A DNA stretch of 24,000 nucleotides from Bacteroidales bacterium. Its GTDB lineage: Bacteria > Bacteroidota > Bacteroidia > Bacteroidales > UBA7332. The notes beneath the pieces are model-generated. The model saw only the letters and a program-made list of their open reading frames with translations, had not been told where the DNA came from and did no database searches. Shown piece after piece: positions 9,624 through 16,647 of this stretch. Position numbers and translations under genes: made by a program. The DNA is taken from the NCBI GenBank assembly GCA_049315325.1, contig JBMOKJ010000003.1, positions 30,913-54,912 of the forward strand. Reading direction: 5' to 3'. Position 1 is the stretch's first letter, and each line of letters starts with the position of its first letter.

Positions 9624-9659
9624 AGAGTGATTTAATATATTATTTTTTTTTACTTTCAG

Positions 9660-9667
9660 CAAAATTA
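9660..9667 (-). promoter_or_regulatory. Candidate -7 box (TAATTTTG on minus strand) for the OMP-lipoprotein operon
   Basis: The plus strand reads CAAAATTA, 37 nt upstream of the ATG at 9623. Confidence 0.4.
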
Positions 9668-9910
9668 CAAACATTAATCAATAATATGAAATTTTTCAGT
9701 ATTTATATATAAGGTTTTTCACAATAATTTTTAAACTCTTTGCATATTACATTTTAGATATAATCTATAATGTTCTTTTGATTCATCTTTTTCTAGTCGG
9801 GTTGGATTTGCTGTGGGTTACTTTCAATAACACAAGAATCTGTCTTTCTATAATATATTGATTGGATTTTTGGATTGAAAACATGATTGTCGCAGGCAAG
9901 TTCTTATATA

Positions 9911-9941
9911 AAGAAAAAGGCAGATTTAAATCCGCCTTTTT
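9911..9941 (-). terminator. Rho-independent terminator of the ABC exporter operon (bidirectional shape)
   Basis: Stem GGCAGAT / ATCCGCC (one A-C mismatch), 4-nt loop, flanked by A5 and T5 runs. About 90 nt downstream of the ABC stop codon at 10031. Confidence 0.6.
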
Positions 9942-9986
9942 CAAAGTCACAAACTCTAGTAATCTGTGGCTGATGTTATTTGTCAA

Positions 9987-10013
9987 CCGCTAAGCGCATA
10001 ACGCGCTAAGCGG
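9987..10013. repeat. REP-like palindromic element CCGCTAAGCGC-ATAAC-GCGCTAAGCGG
   Basis: 11-bp stem with a single central A-A mismatch. An inverted copy of the same unit occurs at 13726-13752 on the other side of the ABC operon. Confidence 0.7.
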
Positions 10014-10030
10014 ATATGGATAGTGGTTGT

Positions 10031-11797
10031 TTAACTCTCTCTCTTCCCGTGTAGCAAGAGATTCACGGCATCGTGGAGTGAACCGGCTTTGGTGACTGCT
10101 CCCGAGTTGATAAAGTAGATTTCGTCGGCATTCTCGATGGTGTTGAGGCGGTGCGCGATGATGATTTTGGTGGTCGAAGCAGGCAGTTTCTTTAGAATGT
10201 CGTCGAGCAGTTGCTCGGTCACGGTGTCGATGTTGGCCGTTGCTTCGTCAAGAATCAGCAGTTTGGGTTTGCGCAGCACCGCACGGATGAAGGCGATGAG
10301 TTGCTTTTGTCCGAGGCTAATTCCGTCGTTCGATGCCTGCACCGATGTTTCCAATCCGTTTTCGAATCGGTCGAGCAATCCGTTGAGACCAGCTGCTTTC
10401 AGCACATTCACTAACTCTTCATTGGTAAGTGACTGATATTCTGCGTTTCCGTAGAGAATATTCTCGCGAATGGTGCCTGTGAAGAGGAATGGGTCTTGCA
10501 GGATAAAACCAATCATCGACGTGCGCACTTCGGGGTCGATGGAGCGAATGTCTTCGCCATCGAGGTAGATTTGTCCCGAAGTGGGGTCGTAGAGTCGGGC
10601 AATGAGTGAGGCGGTGGTTGTTTTTCCACCTCCGGTAGGTCCAACGAATGCGTATGTTTTCCCGCTTTCGAGGTTGAAGCTGATGTTGCTCAGGATTTCT
10701 TTATCGGGAGTGTATGAAAACGATACGTTGCGGAATGAGAGCAGCGACGCTTTGGCTTCTGCTTTTGCTGCAGGCTCCACATTCAGATTGTTCTCCATAT
10801 TCAATATTTTGGAGATGCGATCCCATCCAGCGAGTGCGGTTTGGAAATTCGCCCAAAGCGAAGCAATCTGACGAAGCGGATTGTAGAACTGCGCAATGTA
10901 AGAGAGGAAACTGATGAGCAACCCGACCGAGAATTGACCGATGGTAATGAGGTAAATCCCGAATGCGAGCACAATCATCTGCCCGATGCTCGACAAAAAG
11001 CTGTAAACCGGCATAAAGAGGTTGTTGGCAACGCCAGCTTTCACCGCGGTATCGTAGTTTTGGTTGTTCACTTCCTCGAAGCGTTTGCGGAAGTAGTCCC
11101 GCCGATTGAAGGCAATCACCACTTTGAAGTTCGCCAAACTCTCTTGAATCTCCGAACTGAGGCTTCCGGTGCTCTTCATATTGGTTGCATTCCGGCTCTT
11201 CACCCAAGGGGAAATACTGCGAGTGAAAATCAACAGCAAAAGGGCAGGAGCAAGCGCTGCAAAGGCTAACTTCGCATTGATAGAAAAGAGGAAGATGCCT
11301 GCACCAATCATCGTGAAAATGCTGCTCAGAAACTGCACAGACGATTGCGCGAAGAACTGATTGATTTTGTCGGTGTCGTTGTTGATACGCGAAATCAAAT
11401 CTCCGGCTTTATTTTGGTTAAAAAAGTCGATGGGCAACTCCTGCAACTTACCAAAAACAGTGTTGCGCAGGTTGAAGAGCATGCGTTGTGCCACGCGCCC
11501 CATCAGTTGCGTTTGGGTGTAACCACTCACCACAGCGAGCAGAAAAATACCCAACAGAATGATGGAATATTCAATCACACCGTTGTATTGCTTGGTGACG
11601 ATAAACTGATCCACCGCATGACCAATCAAGTAAGGGCCAATCAAGTTCAACCCCGAATTCAGAAAGATAAAGAAGAGCGCAAAATAGAGATTTCTTCGCT
11701 CCGAACCAATCAGGGTGATGAAGCGAGTGAAAGTGGTTTTTGCACCCGATTTGTGCGCCGTTTCCGACTCTGAATGATCGTAGAGATTATAGTTCAT
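10031..11797 (-). CDS. ABC exporter permease/ATPase fusion (type I exporter half-transporter, canonical ATPase site)
   Basis: Start taken at MNYNLYDH (ATG 11797), which overlaps the upstream stop by 11 nt (ATGAACTATAA); the ORF track start is 11836. Six-TM region, Walker A GPTGGGKTT, Q-loop ILQD, degenerate signature ISLGQ, Walker B LLILDEATANID, H-loop IIAHR. Confidence 0.9.
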   Translation of the reverse strand: MNYNLYDHSESETAHKSGAKTTFTRFITLIGSERRNLYFALFFIFLNSGLNLIGPYLIGHAVDQFIVTKQYNGVIEYSIILLGIFLLAVVSGYTQTQLMGRVAQRMLFNLRNTVFGKLQELPIDFFNQNKAGDLISRINNDTDKINQFFAQSSVQFLSSIFTMIGAGIFLFSINAKLAFAALAPALLLLIFTRSISPWVKSRNATNMKSTGSLSSEIQESLANFKVVIAFNRRDYFRKRFEEVNNQNYDTAVKAGVANNLFMPVYSFLSSIGQMIVLAFGIYLITIGQFSVGLLISFLSYIAQFYNPLRQIASLWANFQTALAGWDRISKILNMENNLNVEPAAKAEAKASLLSFRNVSFSYTPDKEILSNISFNLESGKTYAFVGPTGGGKTTTASLIARLYDPTSGQIYLDGEDIRSIDPEVRTSMIGFILQDPFLFTGTIRENILYGNAEYQSLTNEELVNVLKAAGLNGLLDRFENGLETSVQASNDGISLGQKQLIAFIRAVLRKPKLLILDEATANIDTVTEQLLDDILKKLPASTTKIIIAHRLNTIENADEIYFINSGAVTKAGSLHDAVNLLLHGKRES

Positions 11798-13538
11798 AGT
11801 GGTTTGTGCTGCGTTGTGAGTTGTAAATTTGAACATATTCGGGGCAAGATGCCATCAGCGATTCGTGTGTGCCACGTGCCAATATTTCGCCCTCTTCGAG
11901 CAGAATAATCTGTCCGTAATCGATAACCGATGCAATCTTTTGAGTCACCGACAGCAGGGTAATGTCGGGATAGTTCTTCGCTACGTTAGCGAGAATCTTC
12001 TGTTCTGTTTGGTTATCCACCCGAGCCGTAAAGTCGTCGAGCAGCAGAATCTTTGGATTGATTGCCAAGGCACGTGCAAGCATGATGCGTTGTTTCTGAC
12101 CACCTGACAGACTGGTGCCTCGTTCGCTCACGATTGTTTCGAGTCCGTTTGGCAATGAGGCAATAAAATCGCTTAGCTCGGCTGTTTCAATCGCTTTCGC
12201 TATCAATTCGTCGGTCACCTTTTCGTTGAACGCAATGTTTTCGCGCAGACTCATATTGAATATCACACTGTCTTGAAACACAAACCCGATTTGGTGCTGA
12301 AACAGCTCTTTGTCGAATGCGTTGATGTCTGTGTCGTCGAAGAGGATTTGTCCTTCTTTGGGATGAATCAATCCGGTGAGCAGGTAGAGCAACTGCGTTT
12401 TGCCCGCAGCCGTTGGACCAATGATGGCAGTGCGAGTATTCGGAGCGATGTGCAGAGAAACACTTTTCAATGCCGCTTTTTCGCCATACGTCACCGTGAT
12501 GTTTTGCAGTTCGATTTCGCCGTGCAGCGGAGTGGTAATGGTTCCAGTGTCGCGCGTGTCGGGAGCATGCAGAATCTCGTGGATGCGACCATACGAAACC
12601 GAAGCTTGTGTGATAAAGTTACTGATAAACCCCATCACCATAATAGGGAAAATCAGAATCACCAAATACGAACTAAACGCAGCAAAATCGCCCAACGACA
12701 TCGCTCCTGTGATGACGAAGTGACCACCCAACAGCAGAATGGTGAGCGAAGCAATGTTGCTCACAAATACCACAATCGGTATCAGCGTGGCAAACAGACT
12801 CAAAATCGAAATACCAATGTTTTTGGCTTGCGTGCTGGCATCTATAAATTTCTTGTATTCAAACGTTTGCGCATTGAGCACCCGCACAATGGCAGCACCC
12901 ATCACACTCTCCACAATCACTTTGTTGAGCCAATCCACCACTTCGCGGCTTTTCTTAAACAGCACACCCACTTTGCCAAATACAAATACAAACGAGGTGA
13001 TAATAATCGGGATGATAGTGAGGATGGCGAGAGCCAGTTTCCAGTCGATGGAAATGAGCAAGATGCTTGCTCCAATAATGATGAAGAGCGAAGAGGCCAT
13101 CGTAACGACTGCCATCGAAACAAAGAATTTAATCGAATCGATATCGGCTGTGAGGTTGGTGAGCAACTTCGACGGATTGGCTTCCTGAATAAAAGTATAG
13201 CTCTGACGCGAAATCTTGTCGGTCAGTTGGGTGCGAAGGTCGCGCGCTACCTTTTCCGATGCATAAGTTTGCAATATGCCTTGCAGAAAGGTAAAGATAA
13301 AGATGATGAGTGCTGCTACCACAAACTCGATAATGACTTTTTCGTACGAGAAGTTTCCGCTCGTGAAGTCGTCTATGCTGTGTGATATGAGTTTCGGAAT
13401 CACGAGGTTCACGGCGTTGGCCAACAGCGCAAAACCAATTAAACCATACACCATCTGTTTGTAGGGTTTCAGCACCTCAAACACGCTGGGCTTGCGAGGT
13501 CGCTTCTCCTTTTTCTGCTTTATATCTTTTTTTGCCAT
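11787..13538 (-). CDS. ABC exporter permease/ATPase fusion (half-transporter with degenerate catalytic residues)
   Basis: 583 aa. TM domain, Walker A GPTAAGKTQ, canonical signature LSGGQKQR, Walker B ILLLDDFTARVD (Asp in place of the catalytic Glu), H-loop position LSVTQK (Gln in place of His). Confidence 0.9.
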   Translation of the reverse strand: MAKKDIKQKKEKRPRKPSVFEVLKPYKQMVYGLIGFALLANAVNLVIPKLISHSIDDFTSGNFSYEKVIIEFVVAALIIFIFTFLQGILQTYASEKVARDLRTQLTDKISRQSYTFIQEANPSKLLTNLTADIDSIKFFVSMAVVTMASSLFIIIGASILLISIDWKLALAILTIIPIIITSFVFVFGKVGVLFKKSREVVDWLNKVIVESVMGAAIVRVLNAQTFEYKKFIDASTQAKNIGISILSLFATLIPIVVFVSNIASLTILLLGGHFVITGAMSLGDFAAFSSYLVILIFPIMVMGFISNFITQASVSYGRIHEILHAPDTRDTGTITTPLHGEIELQNITVTYGEKAALKSVSLHIAPNTRTAIIGPTAAGKTQLLYLLTGLIHPKEGQILFDDTDINAFDKELFQHQIGFVFQDSVIFNMSLRENIAFNEKVTDELIAKAIETAELSDFIASLPNGLETIVSERGTSLSGGQKQRIMLARALAINPKILLLDDFTARVDNQTEQKILANVAKNYPDITLLSVTQKIASVIDYGQIILLEEGEILARGTHESLMASCPEYVQIYNSQRSTNHYEL

Positions 13539-13568
13539 TCTTTTTTACGATTCTAAATAATGTGCTGG

Positions 13569-13576
13569 CAAAGTTA
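13569..13576 (-). promoter_or_regulatory. Candidate -7 box (TAACTTTG on minus strand) for the ABC operon
   Basis: The plus strand reads CAAAGTTA, 31 nt upstream of the ATG at 13538. Confidence 0.45.
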
Positions 13577-13725
13577 CAAAGAAGGATAGTTTCTCAATTG
13601 TGGATAAATCCTAAAATCGTTCTTCGAACTGTGAAACTTTGTAGATTTTTTCGCGGATGAGTCAGAAGTGTTGGAAATTGATGGAGAAAGAATGTGTTGA
13701 AAATGGGGTAGAATGGTTGCCAAAA

Positions 13726-13752
13726 GCGCTTAGCGATTAATCCGCTTAGCGC
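13726..13752. repeat. REP-like palindromic element GCGCTTAGCG-ATTAAT-CCGCTTAGCGC; probable terminator of the DUF559 gene
   Basis: 10-bp stem with one central T-T mismatch. On the minus strand it is followed by TTTT and lies 22 nt after the DUF559 stop. It is an inverted copy of 9987-10013. Confidence 0.65.
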
Positions 13753-13773
13753 ATTTCTTAGGCAAATGGCTTT

Positions 13774-14136
13774 TTACAGCCTCATATTCTGTTTGATCTC
13801 CTCCAATACCTGCATCGGGTAATTGAAGATTAAATTGTTTTCGAAGCGAATCACGCGAACGCCTACCGAGTTCAGGTAGTTTGTGCGCAGTGTATCATAT
13901 TTCCGGCCTTCTTCTGTGAAATGTCCTGCGCCATCGAGTTCGATAGCCAGTTTGTGTTTGTGGCAGTAGAAATCTACAATGTAATGACCAATGCTGAATT
14001 GTCGCAGAAAACGCTCACCGTTCAATTGCCGATTCTTAATCATCATCCAGAGCGCAACTTCTGCAGCCGTCATACGGTTGCGGAGTTCGCGGCGGTAAGG
14101 CTTCATCTCGGGTAGGGTGTTTATTGGGCTTGGCAT
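13774..14136 (-). CDS. DUF559 endonuclease-domain protein (Vsr/restriction-endonuclease-like fold)
   Basis: RELRNRMTAAEVALW...LNGERFLRQFSIGHYIVDFYCHKHKLAIELDGAGH...YDTLRTNYLNSVGVRVIRFEN matches the DUF559 pattern. Start set at M32 (ATG 14136). The longer ORF to 14229 would translate the upstream G4/C4 repeat, so the start is uncertain. Confidence 0.75.
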   Translation of the reverse strand: MPSPINTLPEMKPYRRELRNRMTAAEVALWMMIKNRQLNGERFLRQFSIGHYIVDFYCHKHKLAIELDGAGHFTEEGRKYDTLRTNYLNSVGVRVIRFENNLIFNYPMQVLEEIKQNMRL

Positions 14137-14156
14137 GGTGGGGGATTTTTTTAATA

Positions 14157-14208
14157 ACCCCTCCGCTTCGCGGTATACCCTTGAAAAAAGGGGAAAGGGG
14201 ACATTTAC
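14157..14208. repeat. G4/C4-rich repeat, left (shorter) copy
   Basis: ACCCCTCCGCTTCGC ... CCCTTGAAAAAAGGGGAAAGGGGACATTTAC. This is the reverse complement of segments of 14365-14440. Confidence 0.7.
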
Positions 14209-14364
14209 GCGGTGCGAAGAGATATACAATAAATTTTTATGCTACTATTATTGAGACTGAATTTAGATATATCCTATTTAAAAAAAATAAATCATTTAAA
14301 CATTATTCGTTTCTGCATCTTACAATACTAATTCACAAACAAAACCCACAAATTCCCGAACTTG

Positions 14365-14440
14365 GTAATGTCCCCTATCCCCTTTTTAAGGGGAAACCAC
14401 CCAGTGGTGGGGTTATAGGGGACGAGCGAAGCGGAGGGGT
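14365..14440. repeat. G4/C4-rich repeat, right (longer, multi-hairpin) copy
   Basis: GTAATGTCCCCTATCCCCTTTTTAAGGGG...ATAGGGGACGA-GCGAAGCGGAGGGGT. Outer 9-bp stem GTCCCCTAT/ATAGGGGAC encloses hairpins CCCCTT-TTT-AAGGGG and CCACC-CAGT-GGTGG. Confidence 0.7.
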
Positions 14441-14572
14441 CAGAAACCTACAAACATCACTAATCTTCCTAATTACATCACCAATTCTCGCAAGTTTTTA
14501 TCTAATTATTTTTGTCTCCGACTTTTAATTAAAAAGTACAAGTTACGCTCGTTAGGCGTAGTATAGTTGTCG

Positions 14573-16459
14573 CTATTTCAGTATGATTTTCGTTGTCAGC
14601 ACGTTACCGTTTCTGTCTATCGCTTTAAAAATTCCCATTTGTCTACAAAGTTTGAACGAACTTCCTTTTCCTTGTTGTAAAAGTTGTCCTTCTAACGAAT
14701 AAAATTTCAAATTCACTTCGTTGTCGAACTGCAATTTGTTGTCAACAAGTCGATAATTTATATTTCCTTCTTTTGTCTTGTCTAAAGCAGTCGCTTCGCC
14801 GACATCAAAATAACCATACGGATAAACTGCTGTATGAATTCCTAGAGTTGTTGTCAGTTTATATTTTCCGTCTGTAAGTGTTATGTTCTTTGCATTTCCG
14901 TCACCTACAAAGTTTTGTGTTTCTGTCCATGTAGTGTCAGTTCCACTAATAGAGCTAGCTTTCAATAGTTTATAAGTAATCCCAGTCGTTGTTGTCGGAA
15001 AATTAAGCGTTTTAGCCGTGCTGTTGAATGTCGGTTTTTCAAGAATTGAAATAGTATCACTAGATTCAGAGTTGTCATTAAATGTTTTATCCATTGTGTG
15101 AGACACATAAGAACCAAATGTAAATGTCTTTGTACTGTCTGTCTCACTTGTTGAAAAATAATTTCCATGCATATCTAACCAACCATATAAAACAAAATTT
15201 CTACCTGCAGAAACCTGTGCACTACTTCCTTGTGTTACCCAAATAAAATCGGGATAATTTCCGTAGGTAGCAGAACCAATTGTTTGGTCTTGTAGATCGG
15301 CTTGGTAGTTGACATAAAGTTCAATAGTTTTAGGATTTGATATTGTATTGAAATTTAATTGCCAATGTCCAGGAAGATTACAAAGAAAAGAACTTCCATA
15401 TAATGTTTTTCCGTCAGGAGTTAACACTATATATGAATTTATATCCATTCCACTATTTGTAATATAAACTGATTTCCCAGTTTTAATAGATAAATTTATT
15501 AGTGACTTATCTGGAAGGTTTGGGATTACATATGGATTTACTTGAGAATAATTCCGTGGGTCAATAGTTGCATGACCAAGAGGTGAACTTACAACAAAAT
15601 AACCATACGGATAAACTGCCGTATGAATTCCAAGTGTTGTTGTCAGTTTATATTTTCCGTCTGTAAGTGTTATGTTCTTTGCATTTCCGTCACCTACAAA
15701 GTTTTGTGTTTCTGTCCATGTAGTGTCAGTTCCACTAATAGAGCTAGCTTTCAATAGTTTATAAGTAATCCCAGTCGTTGTTGTCGGAAAATTAAGCGTT
15801 TTAGCCGTGCTGTTGAATGTCGGTTTTTCAAGAATGGAAATGGTGTCTCTTGACTCTGAGTAATTATTAGCGGTTGCATCCATTGTGTGCATTTCATAAT
15901 TGCCAAATGTCAATGTCTTAGTACTGTCACTTACATAATTGTTAGAAATTATCACCCTTACTCCATCTATACAACTCCATTCATGGACAGCAAATATTGA
16001 TCCGCTACTTGCTGTTGCAATACCACCTTGTGTTACCCAAATAAAATCGGGATAATTTCGATAGGTAGCCGAACCATTTGTTTGGTCTTGTATGTCGACT
16101 TGGTAGTTGACAATACAAGCAATTGATCTTTCTGCTCCGCTTTGATACCATGTTAAACCCCATGTTCCAGGTACATCAATAATGAAAGTTGAAACATTTA
16201 CTAAATTTCGACCATCAGGAGTGCCATGTCTTCCAGTTCCCAAGTTTGCAAATTGAATAACAGCAGGTATTGGTTTGCCAGTTTTAATTTTTAAATAAAA
16301 AGTACTTCCATTTGGTAAACTTGGAATAACATAAGGATTTGCTTGAGAATAATTACGTGGGTTGATTGTCGCCGAATTTTGTCCAAAAGAACTAAAAATT
16401 GTGCTTCCAAGTAAAATCGCAAACAGAAAGAATCGAAATGAGTTAAAAAGTTGTTTCAT
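14573..16459 (-). CDS. Secreted protein of unknown function with two 263-aa tandem modules and a probable T9SS C-terminal sorting domain
   Basis: 628 aa. Signal peptide MKQLFNSFRFFLFAILLGSTIFSSFGQ. Two modules repeat at a 789-nt offset. The C-terminal ~70 aa (NLKFYSLEGQLLQQGKGSSFKL...GIFKAIDRNGNVLTTKIILK) resemble a Por_Secre_tail (type A CTD). Confidence 0.75.
   Translation of the reverse strand: MKQLFNSFRFFLFAILLGSTIFSSFGQNSATINPRNYSQANPYVIPSLPNGSTFYLKIKTGKPIPAVIQFANLGTGRHGTPDGRNLVNVSTFIIDVPGTWGLTWYQSGAERSIACIVNYQVDIQDQTNGSATYRNYPDFIWVTQGGIATASSGSIFAVHEWSCIDGVRVIISNNYVSDSTKTLTFGNYEMHTMDATANNYSESRDTISILEKPTFNSTAKTLNFPTTTTGITYKLLKASSISGTDTTWTETQNFVGDGNAKNITLTDGKYKLTTTLGIHTAVYPYGYFVVSSPLGHATIDPRNYSQVNPYVIPNLPDKSLINLSIKTGKSVYITNSGMDINSYIVLTPDGKTLYGSSFLCNLPGHWQLNFNTISNPKTIELYVNYQADLQDQTIGSATYGNYPDFIWVTQGSSAQVSAGRNFVLYGWLDMHGNYFSTSETDSTKTFTFGSYVSHTMDKTFNDNSESSDTISILEKPTFNSTAKTLNFPTTTTGITYKLLKASSISGTDTTWTETQNFVGDGNAKNITLTDGKYKLTTTLGIHTAVYPYGYFDVGEATALDKTKEGNINYRLVDNKLQFDNEVNLKFYSLEGQLLQQGKGSSFKLCRQMGIFKAIDRNGNVLTTKIILK
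14807..15058. repeat. Near-identical 252-bp intragenic repeat, copy in module 2
   Basis: Encodes DTISILEKPTFNSTAKT...HTAVYPYGYF (84 aa), identical to the copy 789 nt away. Over 14807-15046 I count only 3 nucleotide differences, all synonymous. Confidence 0.9.
15596..15847. repeat. Near-identical 252-bp intragenic repeat, copy in module 1
   Basis: Partner of 14807-15058 at an exact 789-nt offset. Confidence 0.9.
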
Positions 16460-16547
16460 AATGTCGTTGTTTTGTTGTTATATTTTCGTTTTCAGATTAA
16501 TTTTTGCTCTGTCTTTTTTTTTTGAATGGGGCATAATTTCGTCGTGG

Positions 16548-16562
16548 CGGAATTGCATTCCG
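16548..16562. promoter_or_regulatory. Palindromic operator-like site CGGAAT-TGC-ATTCCG
   Basis: Perfect 6+6 inverted repeat centred 96 nt upstream of the T9SS-cargo ATG (16459). Confidence 0.4.
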
Positions 16563-16580
16563 TCTCTTTTTATATTATCA

Positions 16581-16593
16581 GGAATTGTATTCC
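16581..16593. promoter_or_regulatory. Second palindromic site GGAAT-TGT-ATTCC
   Basis: Perfect 5+5 inverted repeat with the same half-sites, centred 32 bp from the first site (three helical turns). Confidence 0.4.
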
Positions 16594-16647
16594 GAAAAAT
16601 TATAATATTCCTTTACAAAACAGAAAGTAGCCTTCAATATTTTCCCC

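Noticed and set aside
9783-9986. 67-aa minus-strand ORF between the OMP operon and the ABC operon
   Set aside because: It spans the terminator hairpin and the region up to the REP-like element. It has no start context or motif and is most likely non-coding.
10137-11773. Several 60-170 aa ORFs on both strands inside the second ABC gene
   Set aside because: All overlap the well-supported ABC coding frame and have no motifs, no plausible start context and biased composition. They are shadow ORFs.
12273-13385. 370-aa plus-strand ORF, the longest unannotated ORF in the track
   Set aside because: It is entirely antisense to the ABC exporter gene, which has complete Walker A/B, signature and TM features. 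Its translation is low-complexity (R/H/N/Q-rich) with no motif. It is a typical shadow ORF in a GC-richer coding region.
13599-13607. Perfect DnaA box (TGTGGATAA, i.e. TTATCCACA on the minus strand) upstream of the ABC operon
   Set aside because: It is a single isolated 9-mer, which is expected by chance at appreciable frequency in 24 kb on both strands. There is no cluster, no AT-rich unwinding element pattern, and no dnaA or dnaN nearby.
14124-14528. 134-aa plus-strand ORF across the G4/C4 repeats
   Set aside because: Its translation is just the read-through of both repeat arms (PLKKGERG, PLFKGKPPSGGV) and the AT-rich spacer. The start is non-canonical. It is an artefact of repeat composition.
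14807-15847. Whether the near-identical intragenic repeats are a DGR template/variable repeat pair
   Set aside because: The few differences are not adenine-specific and are all synonymous. Both copies lie in the same ORF as parts of a larger tandem duplication. No reverse transcriptase is nearby.
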